A DNA stretch of 64,000 bases from Ophelia neglecta (GCA_965285935.1 OZ260662.1:87854001-87918000), one strand, 5' to 3'; counted from the first letter of the stretch, positions 1 to 11,205 are shown. The notes: generated from the sequence alone by a model not told the origin. Numbers and translations: made by a program.

Positions 1-1918
1 TCTTAAGTTGGGTATAGTTTATTGTTCATTGTACCGTCTATTTTTATTTACATGGAGATATTCGTAAGATGTAAGAGGTTATTGAGCTCTATTTCGTAAA
101 AAAATCTTCTAGGTCGGTGGGTCAGATGTTTTTCTGACTAAAATGTGTTAGTAAAGGAACATAAAAGGTTAGTTGTTTAATAAATAGATAAAAGAAAGTT
201 GATACTGGGTGGTAGTGGTGGTCTTCAAGGGGGGGGGGGGGGGGGGAGGGGGAAAGCCAGTTCCCAAAATGTATATATATATATCAATATATATATGCAC
301 TTTTTGAGAAATTATATTACTTCAGCAGGCTACTGGAATTAAATGACTCTCCTAGTCTGAATAAAAATTTACCTTTTGATTGTTACACAAATTGCATTTG
401 GAACACAGCTTTTTTTGTACATGTATATAGTATCTGTCCATTACTCATATCAATTCACTAAGACACATATAATGCCATAGACAAAATGTTATTGCTGTTG
501 TTCCACTTGCTACAATTATAAATGCACATAACAGAAACTGACACAATTTTTTAAAACTACTAGCCCAAAACTTAATATCAGAGCCTTGCTGACCTATTAC
601 ACAATCATGCAATTTAAGCTAATATTACTTGCCCCAAATTTCATTTTTACTTGCCCTGGGCAGTTGGTCAGTCACTTATGTCTGACCCTGCAGATCTATT
701 TTTGAAATTATGACTTGACCACTTAACTTTACATATTATAAAATTTGAACAGCCTAGATTATCCTCCCTGGGCTGCCACTGCCAGAGAAAGGAAATGTTA
801 GATAATTTTCATGACACTTTATTTTATGTGGTCTTTGTGAAACTGGCAACAAATAAATATTTTAACAGAATATATTTTGTGTAGTTGATTCATTATAATG
901 AATGCCAGGTTTTCATGTACCTATTAAGATACATATCATGGCATATAAGTTAATGCCTGAGGAACGCTACATTACCAGAAAAAAATTTTGTCTGAGGTGC
1001 TTTGCCCCAAAGAACATTGTTTTCTTGTAATGTAGCATTCCAAGGGTGAGAACCTATGTAAAATCCGCTCAAAAGGCAACAACGATACATTACCTGAAAG
1101 TAATGTAGCGTTAAGACAACAGAAAATACATACAGTGGATTTTACCAGTGTTTTTACTATTACATGTAAGGTTGTATGCATAGTGCAAAAGTAAACAGCT
1201 AAGATTATATCACTGCCAAGCATGCAACTATCAAATAACTAGTATGGTACAGCTTAATTCATAACTTTGAATTTTGAGGCAGTACACAATGCACCATACA
1301 ATCACAGAGATCTGCTTACTGTACTAATATTACATAAAATTGCATGATTATGGAAATCATACATGGGATCTTTCAGACCTATAAATTGAAGCCTATTAAA
1401 ATTAAATGTAACAGTGATAAGCATGCACATGATTCCTCATGTTGGCCCCTTTTACTGAAAGTGTCATACTTTTTAGTGGGTTTTGGGTGTTTAATTGGGT
1501 GACTCAGTTGTGTTGGGTGTAAGTTTTGTCAGGAATTAAGCAAATTGGATGCTATGTGTCTGAAATAACAATGATAAACATGTTATGGGTCAGAGTAAAA
1601 TGACCTTAAAATGCCTTGTGATGGGAGATAAAGCACCAAAACAAATTGTGACTGTCAATCAATACCTAGCGTGTCCTATTTAATAAATGTGTCCTGTTGA
1701 TGTTATCAGTGAACCAAGCATTCCAATCATAATGCTTTCTAACCTAAGATCAAGTCCCGAGTGTTTATACATGTACTGTAGTTCCTGATTTATTGGCCAC
1801 TTGACAGGTCAAGCCCTTTTGAGGCCCTCAGCTGTTAACATTTCATGTTATGTCTTTAATCTATGTCGGACACATGTGTAACAGTCAACTCTCAGGCTTG
1901 ATTGCCATCATCTTTGTT

Positions 1919-3239
1919 CATGTTATATATAAACCATGACAAGCTTTTCCTAGAAAAACAAAGGTTTTAGAATATGAGGCACAATCCAAGATTTACCAAA
2001 TCCAAGTTTCCAGACTTCATTCATAAGGCCTGTACCATGACATGTTCCTTATTTGGCAACAGCAGCACCCAGCCGGTCAACATTGGGGAGATGTGGGCCC
2101 CACAAATGTGATCTCTAAAGTGTTGAACAGCAAACAGCGACATTGCCCATTAACAGAAATCCAAGGCGCAATACTACAGCAAATAGTATGGAATGGTTTG
2201 AATATAGCCTAGACAAACATTTGATATTCTTTGTTTCTAAAGACTAATAAAGAGTATCTTTTTAGAATATCTATTGGCATATTTCTAGCTAAAAAATCAC
2301 AAAAATAGTAGGACCGACCGCAATGAGCCTGTGTTTCAAGTTAGGGATGAAATAAAGAAAAAAAAATTAAGGGACAATGGGAACTTTAATGCTTTGGGCA
2401 TATGCTCCCACTGCTTTGATAGCAAGGCTGTAGGCCAAGGGATCAAGGCAGTTAGGGAGAGCTTATTACTCTTGCGGTATAGAAAATTCCCCTTAATGGC
2501 AGGTCCTATATTTGTTTAGTCTGTCATGATAGAATAAGCTACAAACTTGCATTGCTAAAGCCTGGCAAATTGGGAAGATTTGCTCAGTAGGAAAATGTAT
2601 TGGAGTATTATGGGTGATCATCCATATTGTACACCCACTGGAGATCCATGTTTGAGCTATAGATGCTAGGATGAGATGGTTTTGCTCCGGTGAGATGAGA
2701 AGAATGACACAGCTCATCGTCTAGTTTATGGATTTAAAGCTCTTTACCATTACAACATAAAAAGCCCATTTTTTGCTTTATGATAATGTTGAAAATAGGT
2801 GGGATTTAAAAGGTATATGCTTGAGGTCAATATTTTTACAAAGTACAGTCAACATGACATGTATTTGACAGATAAAGGCTTGACATGCTGAGTACTGGCA
2901 TAACCTGATAAGAGTATAACTACAATATACTGTATTACTATGGTGTAATTGATGTTTTAAAAAAATAACAATATGTATCACCAATGTCAGAAAAATAGAA
3001 AAAAGGTTGTTTGCTGTCACGGCTTGTCATATACTCTGTGTCAAAAGTCATATCTTTCACATTGTTTTAGAAAATCACAATGAAATATTTTTGTGTGCAA
3101 AAGTGTTATAAACACCTACGGCAAATACCAAACCCTTCAAATGAACCCTTTAACGGAAGATGAATAAAAAGGTTACTAGCGTTAGAAACAGTTAAGTGGG
3201 TGGTAGTGATTGCAGGTGTGACCTGGGCTACCTTATTGT
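1919..3239. repeat. Copy A of 1.32-kb direct duplication of non-coding host DNA (copy B 11628-12948)
   Basis: Constant 9709-bp offset at both ends. Three short ORFs have identical translations in both copies. No mismatch seen in spot comparisons. Confidence 0.95.
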
Positions 3240-4317
3240 TGTAACCTTGGGTAATTTTTCCCTCTACATTTTGTTAAGAGATAGGTAGGAATCAAGGTAA
3301 GTTGTTTTGTTGTTCAGTGATCGTTGTTTATTGTTTCAAGTTACACGCATATGCTTGGGACCCTTATATCTTTTGAACACCTGTGAACCAAACAAAATTA
3401 TATCTTTTACACACTAACACACTATTTATACACAAATATACACATCATTAATATCGTTTAAACATCATTCCATATTCATTCAATCACTTCTATTCACATC
3501 CTTTTAAACATCACTTCATATTCATTTAAACACTATTTCATATCCATTTAAACACTATTTTTCCAGAACACGCATTATCAATGAAACCTCAATTATATCA
3601 TACCCTGAATTGGGGTGTCCGAATGAGAGATGAGAGGCTCTGGGGAGGGCGTCTATTTCAGATCTATAAGTAACACAAACTGACTGGTTTAGATACAGCC
3701 AATATAAAATGCACTACAGTATCGGTCCTTATATAGGCCAACACATACGAAGTCAATGCCTTAAGTCATGTAGTACAGGGTCACATGCCTACACAATATA
3801 CAGTGTGGCAGTTATAGGTTTCTGTCAATACATGTGACAAAGGCCTAGACTAAATGTCAAGAGATATGTGCCAAGTACCAGCAAAATACTCTCTTCTCAA
3901 GAATACAGGTTATTTTATATACCCAACACACTATTAAAGACACAGTACAGTGTTTAAATAGACTTTCAATGTACTAAAAGTATAGATTTGGTATGACAAA
4001 CCTCAATTAGAATTTCCTATTAACAATTTCACATCCTTCCCTGTCAGAATCTTGAGAGCCTCTGATTTAAAACAGTTACACTTCCCACAAGGCAGCACAA
4101 AACCATTTAAGGGATCACATACCATTGGTCAGATCCAATATACAACACAGGTCAAGGTGACACTTTACATAAGGTAATACCACTTGTGCATAACTAATTA
4201 GCTGACACCACAGCTACATAATCATGATAATACTATACATACAGTTCATACACACACACACACTACTAGGTATACGGAAGTAGTAATCCAAATGGCTTAA
4301 GATCCCATCTGGTTACA
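3240..4317 (-). repeat. 3' LTR of the Gypsy element (1078 bp)
   Basis: 7-bp terminal inverted repeats TGTAACC/GGTTACA. Immediately preceded on the minus strand by a purine tract. Homologous (inverted) to 10152-11203. Confidence 0.92.
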
Positions 4318-4354
4318 TCCTCCTCCACCACGTGAAATGACGTCTCGGCATTTC
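4318..4354 (-). promoter_or_regulatory. Polypurine tract plus upstream hairpin of the Gypsy element
   Basis: Minus strand TGGTGGAGGAGGA directly abuts TGTAACC. Stem gaaatg/catttc at 4334-4354. Confidence 0.8.
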
Positions 4355-4785
4355 TGATTATATAGCTTCAAATTTATCCTTCTACATATAAGATTCATTT
4401 TACGCTACTATAATAACCACTATTAATATGTTCACAACTATGGGACATCTGAAACAAATTTCAATGCTCAAAAGAAAATTCACGTAAAATTTCACACATG
4501 ATCCGGCCAAAACATATATCAAACCCTATGCACCAACCTCTCCCCCCTCCATATGAAATGGCGTCTCGACATTTTAATCCAACAACTGTAAATAAAGAAC
4601 GTTGCCAATTTACCATGAAATTCAAATCACAAATGTCATACAGCCCTTTAACCAAAGCTCAGGAAAAATAACGGAACAAGAACCTTAAAAGTAGACTTGC
4701 GAACAATCAGAACCAATGTCACAACCAATGCTGGTCCAAATATTTCCACGAAACTCAAAAACCTACAATCCAAGTGACAGAATGA

Positions 4786-7700
4786 CTAGACCCACTCAAT
4801 CAGAACTCGAGCCTTCTTTGGATTCTCAGGAAATATCATATCTTTGATGAAATTTCTCATGCCTGTAATATATGTTCCATCACGGAGTTTCAAAGGTGGT
4901 TGTCTATTGCGGGTAGGGCGAGACCTTCCATCGCCATCCCGGGCCTTGACTACGGATGGTATACTGGCTTCATTCACTGGTTGATCTCCTTTCTCATCTG
5001 GGTCTGCTGTACCATTGTGTACTGCAGCTATTACCAATTTTTCTTTTGGTGTGCCCTGGTCTTCATCTGTACTTCTTTCAACAGTATCGTCTTCTTCCTG
5101 TTCGCCCTGTTTAGTTCTCATAACTGGGATATTTTCGACAACTGCCTTTCTGATAATGCTGGAACCTTCATTGGATGTGTCTTCTGCATTTTCTTGTATG
5201 ACCTGACTATCTATTCTGACTGGCTCTTGAGTATTCTGTACGTCCTCAGACCTTTCTATGGTAAAAAACTGAAAGTCTTCTTCAGAATCGTCATCTGTGA
5301 TTTCCTCTTGGTCTTCCCTATGAACATTAATTTCAACCAATGGCTCTGGTTCTGCAGGTTCTGTAGTCCGCTCCGAGACTTCGTCCACATTTTTGATTCC
5401 AACGGGCAATGGTTCTATTGGTAGCAAGTGATTCCTGTGTAGAGTTCTGACTGGCTCTTCCTCATCTGTTTCTTTCCTGACCTTGAATACTGGGATATCT
5501 GTGTTGGGCTGGTCCACTACCACATAAACATCCTCTTCCCATCTGTCATCCAGCTTGTGTTTTCCCGAAAATGCTAATTTCTTAACCAGTACTCGGTCAT
5601 CTTTTTCCAAGACAGCTCCTCGTATTCGCAGGTCGTATGCACTCTTTTGTTTTTCTCTTGATTTCTCTGCTGCTGCACTGGCGGCCTGATATGACTTCCT
5701 TAAATGGTGTTTCAGGGTCTCAACGTATTCACAGTATGAAGGGGTTTTTGGCTCATCTATACCAATGAGAAGGTCTATGGGCAACTTTGGGTTTCGACCA
5801 AACATCAAGAAGTGAGGTGAGTATCCAGTACTTTCATGTCTGGTACAGTTGTAAGCATGAGCCATCAGGTCGATGTAGGTCTTCCAATCAGCTTTCTCGT
5901 CTGCTTCTAGAGTGCCCAGCATGTTCAGCAAAGTCCTGTTCATACGTTCCGTCATACCATTGCCGCTTGGGTGATAGATGGAAGTCCTGGATTTGGCTAT
6001 ATTTGTGAGTTTGCACAACTCTGCAATCAATGCGCTCTCAAAATTAGTACCCTGGTCACTGTGTATCCTTTGGGGTAGGCCAAAGTATACAATAAACTTG
6101 TGAAGAAGTGCTTCAGCTGTTGTTTTTGCAGTCTGGTTTTTCGTTGGCACCGCTACGGCATATCTCGTAAAGTGGTCTGTTATCACCAATATACTATTGT
6201 GCCCTCCCTTTGAAGTTTCAAGTGATAGGAAATCCATTGACACGAGCTCCAATGGTTGAGAGGTCTTGATACTCACTAGTGGAGCACGTTGAGTAGTTGG
6301 CGACTTTCTTCTTAGGCATCGATCACACTTTGTAACCCAATCAGTCACATTCTTTGATAGATATGTCCAATAGTATCTCTCTTGGACAAGCTGTAGTGTG
6401 CGTTCAGATCCTGGGTGTCCAATATCATTGTGTAGTGCCTGCAAAATTGTGTTCTTAAGTGATTCTGGTATCACTATCTGAAATCGTTCTTCATCTTGTA
6501 TCTTTGTTCTTCTACACAACACTCCTCTTTTCATCACCAGTCTTCCACGTTGTCGCCATAAGGGACGCATGGCTTCATTACAAGGTAATCTCTTGTTGCT
6601 ACTCTGTGACATGTATTTGATCATGTCATTCAAGATAGGGTCAGCACGTTGCTTTAGTCGAATATTACGGGTAGAGGTGGCATCATCGATTGTTGGGTTT
6701 TCCGCCTCGAACAGTTGTTCGCAAACATTTGCAGACATGCATAAGCTGTTTATGAAAGATGGGGATATCTGACTTCTGTAGCAAACTGATTTGACAGATT
6801 CACCGTCAATCTGTTTTACTTCTGTCGTCTCTTGGTTGTCTGTGTTGTGAGGTAGCCTTGACAGTACATCAGCATCAATATTTTTCTTCCCTGGTCTGTA
6901 TCTAATGCTGAAGCTGTAGGTGGCAAGGGCTGCGGACCATCTGTGACCAGTCGCATCTAATTTGGCAGATGTTAGAATGTACGTCAATGGATTGTTGTCA
7001 GTCACTACAACAAATTCTGGTGCTCCATAAAGGTAGTCATGAAATTTTTCTGTCACTGCCCATTTCAGAGCAAGAAATTCCAATTTGTGGGCGGGGTAAT
7101 TCTTTTCAGACTTCGTCAACCCACGGCTGGCATACGCTATAACACGTTCTTTTCCATCATGGTTTTGGTACAAGATAGCTCCGAGGCCACTGACGCTCGC
7201 ATCTGTATGTAGGATGAATTGTTTGTCGAAGTCGGCATATGCCAGGATAGGTGGGGATGTCAGTTCATTCTTCAGTTTATCAAAAGCTGTTTGCTCTGTT
7301 TGACCCCAACGCCATGGCTTCGGTTCTGACTTCGACATTTCTCCCTTCTTCTTCTTCTTCTTCTTCTTCTGCTTAGCTCCTATCAGGTCATGCAGTGGTT
7401 TGGCGATCTGAGCAAATCTTGGGCAGAAACGACGATAGTAGCTAGCGAATCCAATGAATTGCATCAGCTCAAGCTGGTTTACAGGCGTTTTCCAACTGGT
7501 TATCCGCTCAATTTTGTCAGGGTCGGTCTCTACTCCTTCAGATGACACAATGTGGCCAAGGAACCTGGTTTTCTTTTTAAGGAAATGACACTTGGATGGT
7601 GCTAACTTCAGGTTGCTCTTCTCTATTCTTTCAAAAACTTCTCCAAGGTTGGCCAGGTGTTCCTCAAATGTCTTTGAGAAAACAATGATGTCGTCAAGGT

Positions 7701-9210
7701 AAATGACGCAGATGCGATGGTTAAGATCACCGAGCATATTTTCCATCATGCGTTGGTATGTGGCTGGTGCATTTGACAATCCAAAGGGTAATCGATTCCA
7801 TTCGTAGAAACCAAGTGGTCCGGCAGTAAATGCGGTGTATTGCTTGTGTTCCTCTTTCACCTCTATTTGGTGGTATCCACTTTTCATGTCTAAAACAGAG
7901 AAAAACTGTGCACCGTTTAAACAATCAAGTATGTCTTCTAACCTGGGCATTGCGTAGGCGTCTGGTACTGTCTGGAGGTTGAGCTTCCGGTAGTCAATAC
8001 ATAAACGAAGGGTTCCATTTTTGCGGCGAGCTATTACAATATTGGAAGACCATGGGCTCTTTGAGTGGCGAATCAGTCCGGCTCCCAACAGATCAGTCAG
8101 ATGTTCCTTCAGTTCTGTGTAGAGGTTAGGTGGTATCCTACCATAATGACTCTTGATGGGTTGGCTATTTATTAAATTTATCTCGTGTTCAACAGTCGGG
8201 TGTTGTCCAACATCTTTCGGATCTTTTGAAAAGATATGTGACCAAATCTTCAGAAATTCCCTCAACTCTTGAAATTGGTTCTCGGTTCCTGCAGAATCTT
8301 CATCACCATGGTCCAGATTTAAGTCTTCGGGTAAGTCGGTAGGTCGATCAATCTTTTCCTCCTGTGGTAATTCAACTGGTGACTCTATGGATACTGGCTG
8401 GAGTTCTCCTATGACAGCCCGGGGTGGGATGACTAAGGTTCTACTTGCGTGATTAGCAATAGTGACAGAAAACTGGCCACGCATATCACTCTGATAGTCA
8501 ATCACTATAGGCATGATTTCTGAAGTGTCTGGTAATGTAGATTTCTTCGTAGGCAACAGTAAAGCGGCACAATTCGGGTGTGGCAAAGCATGGGATAAAA
8601 ATCCTTTCAGGGTAATGGTCCGATTGGGTTGGATAGTCACATTGCCATGTTCTGCGCTCTTAATTATACCCAAACTATCAACATGCTGGAGGCTTCTCTT
8701 TTGGACTGACATGCAACGCATCGCCAAATACCAAGGGGTGGATAACGGGGCTGTTTGTAGGTATCTGGTGCCATACTGTTGTTCGGTTTGTTCCTTAACG
8801 TTTTTCAAGATGTTGGTTCCTAAGTTGATTGGCACACTTTTGCTAAAAGGGGTGTCTCGAGTGACCAAGAAAAGTGCTGGCATTCCCTCTGGTAGCGTAA
8901 GTTTGGGTACCTGTAGATACGCCTCAACAAACCCAAGGTACTCCAAAAGCTGTCCACTTGCGGTCTCGATTTCCAAAAGTTTATCCAATGGCTGGCAAGT
9001 TAGTCCACGAGGTTCGAAATGTTTCCGATAAAATGCTTCATTGACTGTTGAGATTCCAGATCCGGTATCTAGAAGTGTCTGGCTATCTACTGTGGTGTCG
9101 TCAAAAACAAATGTTATGGGTGTCACATTTGTTTCACCGACTAGCTGAGGAGCTGATTGTACTGGGCCTACTGGTGCGCTCCGGTATAAGTAGGTCCTTT
9201 CCGGTTTAAA
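4786..9210 (-). CDS. pol: Gypsy Pol polyprotein (aspartic protease, RT, RNase H, DDE integrase), probably expressed by -1 frameshift from gag
   Basis: 1446-aa ORF, open upstream to the slippery site. LLDTGS protease; LRLCIDYRKLN, LDMKSGYHQI, LPFGL and YLDD in RT; TDAS/ELLA-like/TDNNPL RNase H; HHCC zinc finger, SMDF, HSDQG and ERMNRTL in integrase. Confidence 0.97.
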   Translation of the reverse strand, partial: FKPERTYLYRSAPVGPVQSAPQLVGETNVTPITFVFDDTTVDSQTLLDTGSGISTVNEAFYRKHFEPRGLTCQPLDKLLEIETASGQLLEYLGFVEAYLQVPKLTLPEGMPALFLVTRDTPFSKSVPINLGTNILKNVKEQTEQQYGTRYLQTAPLSTPWYLAMRCMSVQKRSLQHVDSLGIIKSAEHGNVTIQPNRTITLKGFLSHALPHPNCAALLLPTKKSTLPDTSEIMPIVIDYQSDMRGQFSVTIANHASRTLVIPPRAVIGELQPVSIESPVELPQEEKIDRPTDLPEDLNLDHGDEDSAGTENQFQELREFLKIWSHIFSKDPKDVGQHPTVEHEINLINSQPIKSHYGRIPPNLYTELKEHLTDLLGAGLIRHSKSPWSSNIVIARRKNGTLRLCIDYRKLNLQTVPDAYAMPRLEDILDCLNGAQFFSVLDMKSGYHQIEVKEEHKQYTAFTAGPLGFYEWNRLPFGLSNAPATYQRMMENMLGDLNHRICVIYLDDIIVFSKTFEEHLANLGEVFERIEKSNLKLAPSKCHFLKKKTRFLGHIVSSEGVETDPDKIERITSWKTPVNQLELMQFIGFASYYRRFCPRFAQIAKPLHDLIGAKQKKKKKKKKGEMSKSEPKPWRWGQTEQTAFDKLKNELTSPPILAYADFDKQFILHTDASVSGLGAILYQNHDGKERVIAYASRGLTKSEKNYPAHKLEFLALKWAVTEKFHDYLYGAPEFVVVTDNNPLTYILTSAKLDATGHRWSAALATYSFSIRYRPGKKNIDADVLSRLPHNTDNQETTEVKQIDGESVKSVCYRSQISPSFINSLCMSANVCEQLFEAENPTIDDATSTRNIRLKQRADPILNDMIKYMSQSSNKRLPCNEAMRPLWRQRGRLVMKRGVLCRRTKIQDEERFQIVIPESLKNTILQALHNDIGHPGSERTLQLVQERYYWTYLSKNVTDWVTKCDRCLRRKSPTTQRAPLVSIKTSQPLELVSMDFLSLETSKGGHNSILVITDHFTRYAVAVPTKNQTAKTTAEALLHKFIVYFGLPQRIHSDQGTNFESALIAELCKLTNIAKSRTSIYHPSGNGMTERMNRTLLNMLGTLEADEKADWKTYIDLMAHAYNCTRHESTGYSPHFLMFGRNPKLPIDLLIGIDEPKTPSYCEYVETLKHHLRKSYQAASAAAEKSREKQKSAYDLRIRGAVLEKDDRVLVKKLAFSGKHKLDDRWEEDVYVVVDQPNTDIPVFKVRKETDEEEPVRTLHRNHLLPIEPLPVGIKNVDEVSERTTEPAEPEPLVEINVHREDQEEITDDDSEEDFQFFTIERSEDVQNTQEPVRIDSQVIQENAEDTSNEGSSIIRKAVVENIPVMRTKQGEQEEDDTVERSTDEDQGTPKEKLVIAAVHNGTADPDEKGDQPVNEASIPSVVKARDGDGRSRPTRNRQPPLKLRDGTYITGMRNFIKDMIFPENPKKARVLIEWV
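9149..9210 (-). promoter_or_regulatory. -1 programmed ribosomal frameshift signal (U UUA AAC plus putative pseudoknot)
   Basis: Heptamer at 9210-9204 is in phase with gag (CAT TTA AAC). pol lies in the -1 frame and is closed by TGA two codons upstream. Stems CCUACU/AGUAGG and GGAGC/GCUCC follow. Confidence 0.85.
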
Positions 9211-10148
9211 TGATCAACTATTACTCGGCAGCCTCGTTGTATGTGTCCATACTGACCGCATCGCCAACATCGGAGTGGTTCCCGGTCTGTCATCACTGGT
9301 CTCTGGCCTCTGCCTGCGCTCTGATTTGTCATTTGTGCAGTAGCATTCGAGTTTATACCAACTCTTGGCTGGCCCCTGCGACTCTGATCATTATCTGTTA
9401 CTGGCGTGTATGGATATGCTTCTGGATTCAATGGGATGTGGGCCTGCTCTGCCTGTCCGGACTTCTTCAGTTGAGTCACCTGCTGTTGTAGGTTTGCCAC
9501 CTGGTGCTTAAGTGCATCTATTTCTGAGCTTGATTGTGGTGTGGGATCCGCTATTATCTGTACCCTATTCGTAGTTTTCACCGTCTGCAATTCAGCTTCA
9601 ATTTGACGTAAGTGAATTCTTAAATGGTCGAAATCCTTTATGGTGTCAAATTTGTGGCGAGACCTCTCCTTGAGATTGTTTCTCAATCCGTACCAAAACT
9701 TGGTCCTCAGCATTTCACTAGTGGCTGTAGCATCTACGTGTCCTATCTTTTGGGCTTGTACCAAAATATCTTCCAATCGACAACCCCATCTAACTACCGT
9801 CTCTCCGTCCAGTTGCTTGGCATTATAGAAGTCTGCCAGTATCTCCTCTGTTGGCTGTACACTGCCGTAAAGTTGTTCTAGCTTTATCAGAAGGTCATCT
9901 AAACTAGCTGTCTCTCCAAGTCGCATAGCTACTCTACTTGCTCCTCCTCTAAGTGACTTGCGAACATGTTGTAGTAAAACTCTAGGGTCCATGGTGTGGC
10001 TATCTACCAGACAATTAACCTCGTAACGCCAAAGGTCATAGTCGGTATCCTTGTTCGGGTCTCCTGAAAATGGTGCTATTTTTGGTGGCAACGGTCTCAT
10101 TACATCACTGTTTTGGAATGATCTACCAGGGCCGGTCAAGGGTGTCGA
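9168..10148 (-). CDS. gag: Gypsy Gag (PNMA-like capsid plus zinc knuckle), N-terminally truncated
   Basis: FSGD..YDLWRYEV..SLRG.A capsid motifs and CWRCGQYGHIQRGC knuckle. The frame runs into a TAG at the junction with the inverted LTR (10149-10151). Confidence 0.9.
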   Translation of the reverse strand, partial: STPLTGPGRSFQNSDVMRPLPPKIAPFSGDPNKDTDYDLWRYEVNCLVDSHTMDPRVLLQHVRKSLRGGASRVAMRLGETASLDDLLIKLEQLYGSVQPTEEILADFYNAKQLDGETVVRWGCRLEDILVQAQKIGHVDATATSEMLRTKFWYGLRNNLKERSRHKFDTIKDFDHLRIHLRQIEAELQTVKTTNRVQIIADPTPQSSSEIDALKHQVANLQQQVTQLKKSGQAEQAHIPLNPEAYPYTPVTDNDQSRRGQPRVGINSNATAQMTNQSAGRGQRPVMTDREPLRCWRCGQYGHIQRGCRVIVDHLNRKGPTYTGAHQ

Positions 10149-10151
10149 CTA

Positions 10152-11203
10152 GTATGTATAGTATTATCATGATTATGTAGCTGTGGTGTCAGCTAATTAG
10201 TTATGCACAAGTGGTATTACCTTATGTAAAGTGTCACCTTGACCTGTGTTGTATATTGGATCTGACCAATGGTATGTGATCCCTTAAATGGTTTTTGTGC
10301 TGCCTTGTGGGAAGTTTAACTGTTTTAAATCAGAGGCTCTCAAGATTCTGACAGGGAAGGATGTGAAATTGTTAATAGGAAATTCTAATTGGGGTTTGTC
10401 ATACCAAATCTATACTTTTAGTACATTGAAAGTCTATTTAAACACTGTACTGTGTCTTTAATAGTGTGTTGGGTATATAAAATAACCTGTATTCTTGAGA
10501 AGAGAGTATTTTGCTGGTACTTGGCACATATCTCTTGACATTTAGTCTAGGCCTTTGTCACATGTATTGACAGAAACCTATAACTGCCACACTGTATATT
10601 GTGTAGGCATGTGACCCTGTACTACATGACTTAAGGCATTGACTTCGTATGTGTTGGCCTATATAAGGACCGATACTGTAGTGCATTTTATATTGGCTGT
10701 ATCTAAACCAGTCAGTTTGTGTTACTTATAGATCTGAAATAGACGCCCTCCCCAGAGCCTCTCATCTCTCATTCGGACACCCCAATTCAGGGTATGATAT
10801 AATTGAGGTTTCATTGATAATGCGTGTTCTGGAAAAATAGTGTTTAAATGGATATGAAATAGTGTTCAAATGAATATGAATAGTAGTGTTTAAATGAATG
10901 TTAATAGTAGTGTTTAAATGAATATGAAGTGATGTTTAAAAGGATGTGAATAGAAGTGATTGAATGAATATGGAATGATGTTTAAACGATATTAATGATG
11001 TGTATATTTGTGTATAAATAGTGTGTTAGTGTGTAAAAGATATAATTTTGTTTGGTTCACAGGTGTTCAAAAGATATAAGGGTCCCAAACATATGTGTGT
11101 AGCTTGAAACAATAAACAACGATCACTGAACAACAAAACAACTTACCTTGATTCCTACCTACCAATTAACAAAATGTAGAGGGAAAAATTACCCAAGGTT
11201 ACA
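10152..11203 (+). repeat. Inverted, 5'-truncated copy of the Gypsy LTR
   Basis: Reverse complement of 3240-4242. Lacks the first 75 bp of the LTR, carries ~49 extra bp in an internal repeat and several substitutions, ends GGTTACA. Confidence 0.93.
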
Positions 11204-11205
11204 AT

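Larger units (their letters stand above)
3240..11203 (-). mobile_element. Ty3/Gypsy LTR retrotransposon, rearranged (3' LTR intact; 5' LTR/PBS/gag start replaced by an inverted LTR)
   Basis: gag with CCHC knuckle, pol with PR-RT-RH-IN order, PPT, and an LTR with TGTAACC...GGTTACA ends. Confidence 0.95.

Noticed and set aside
960-1115. Small MITE (aacgctacattac/gtaatgtagcgtt) or coding exon
   Set aside because: Only a 13-bp inverted repeat with no clear TSD; the ORF has no recognisable homology.
2331-3020. Short ORFs repeated at 12040-12729 as duplicated genes
   Set aside because: No domain signal or splice structure; they are identical only because of the duplication.
4900-9881. Plus-strand ORFs overlapping gag/pol, or an env gene
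   Set aside because: Antisense shadows with no recognisable motifs; there is no room for env between the pol stop and the PPT.
3240-11203. DIRS-type (tyrosine recombinase) retrotransposon, suggested by the inverted terminal repeats
   Set aside because: It encodes a protease and a DDE integrase with no tyrosine recombinase. The repeats are normal TG..CA LTRs with a PPT, and gag is broken at the inversion.
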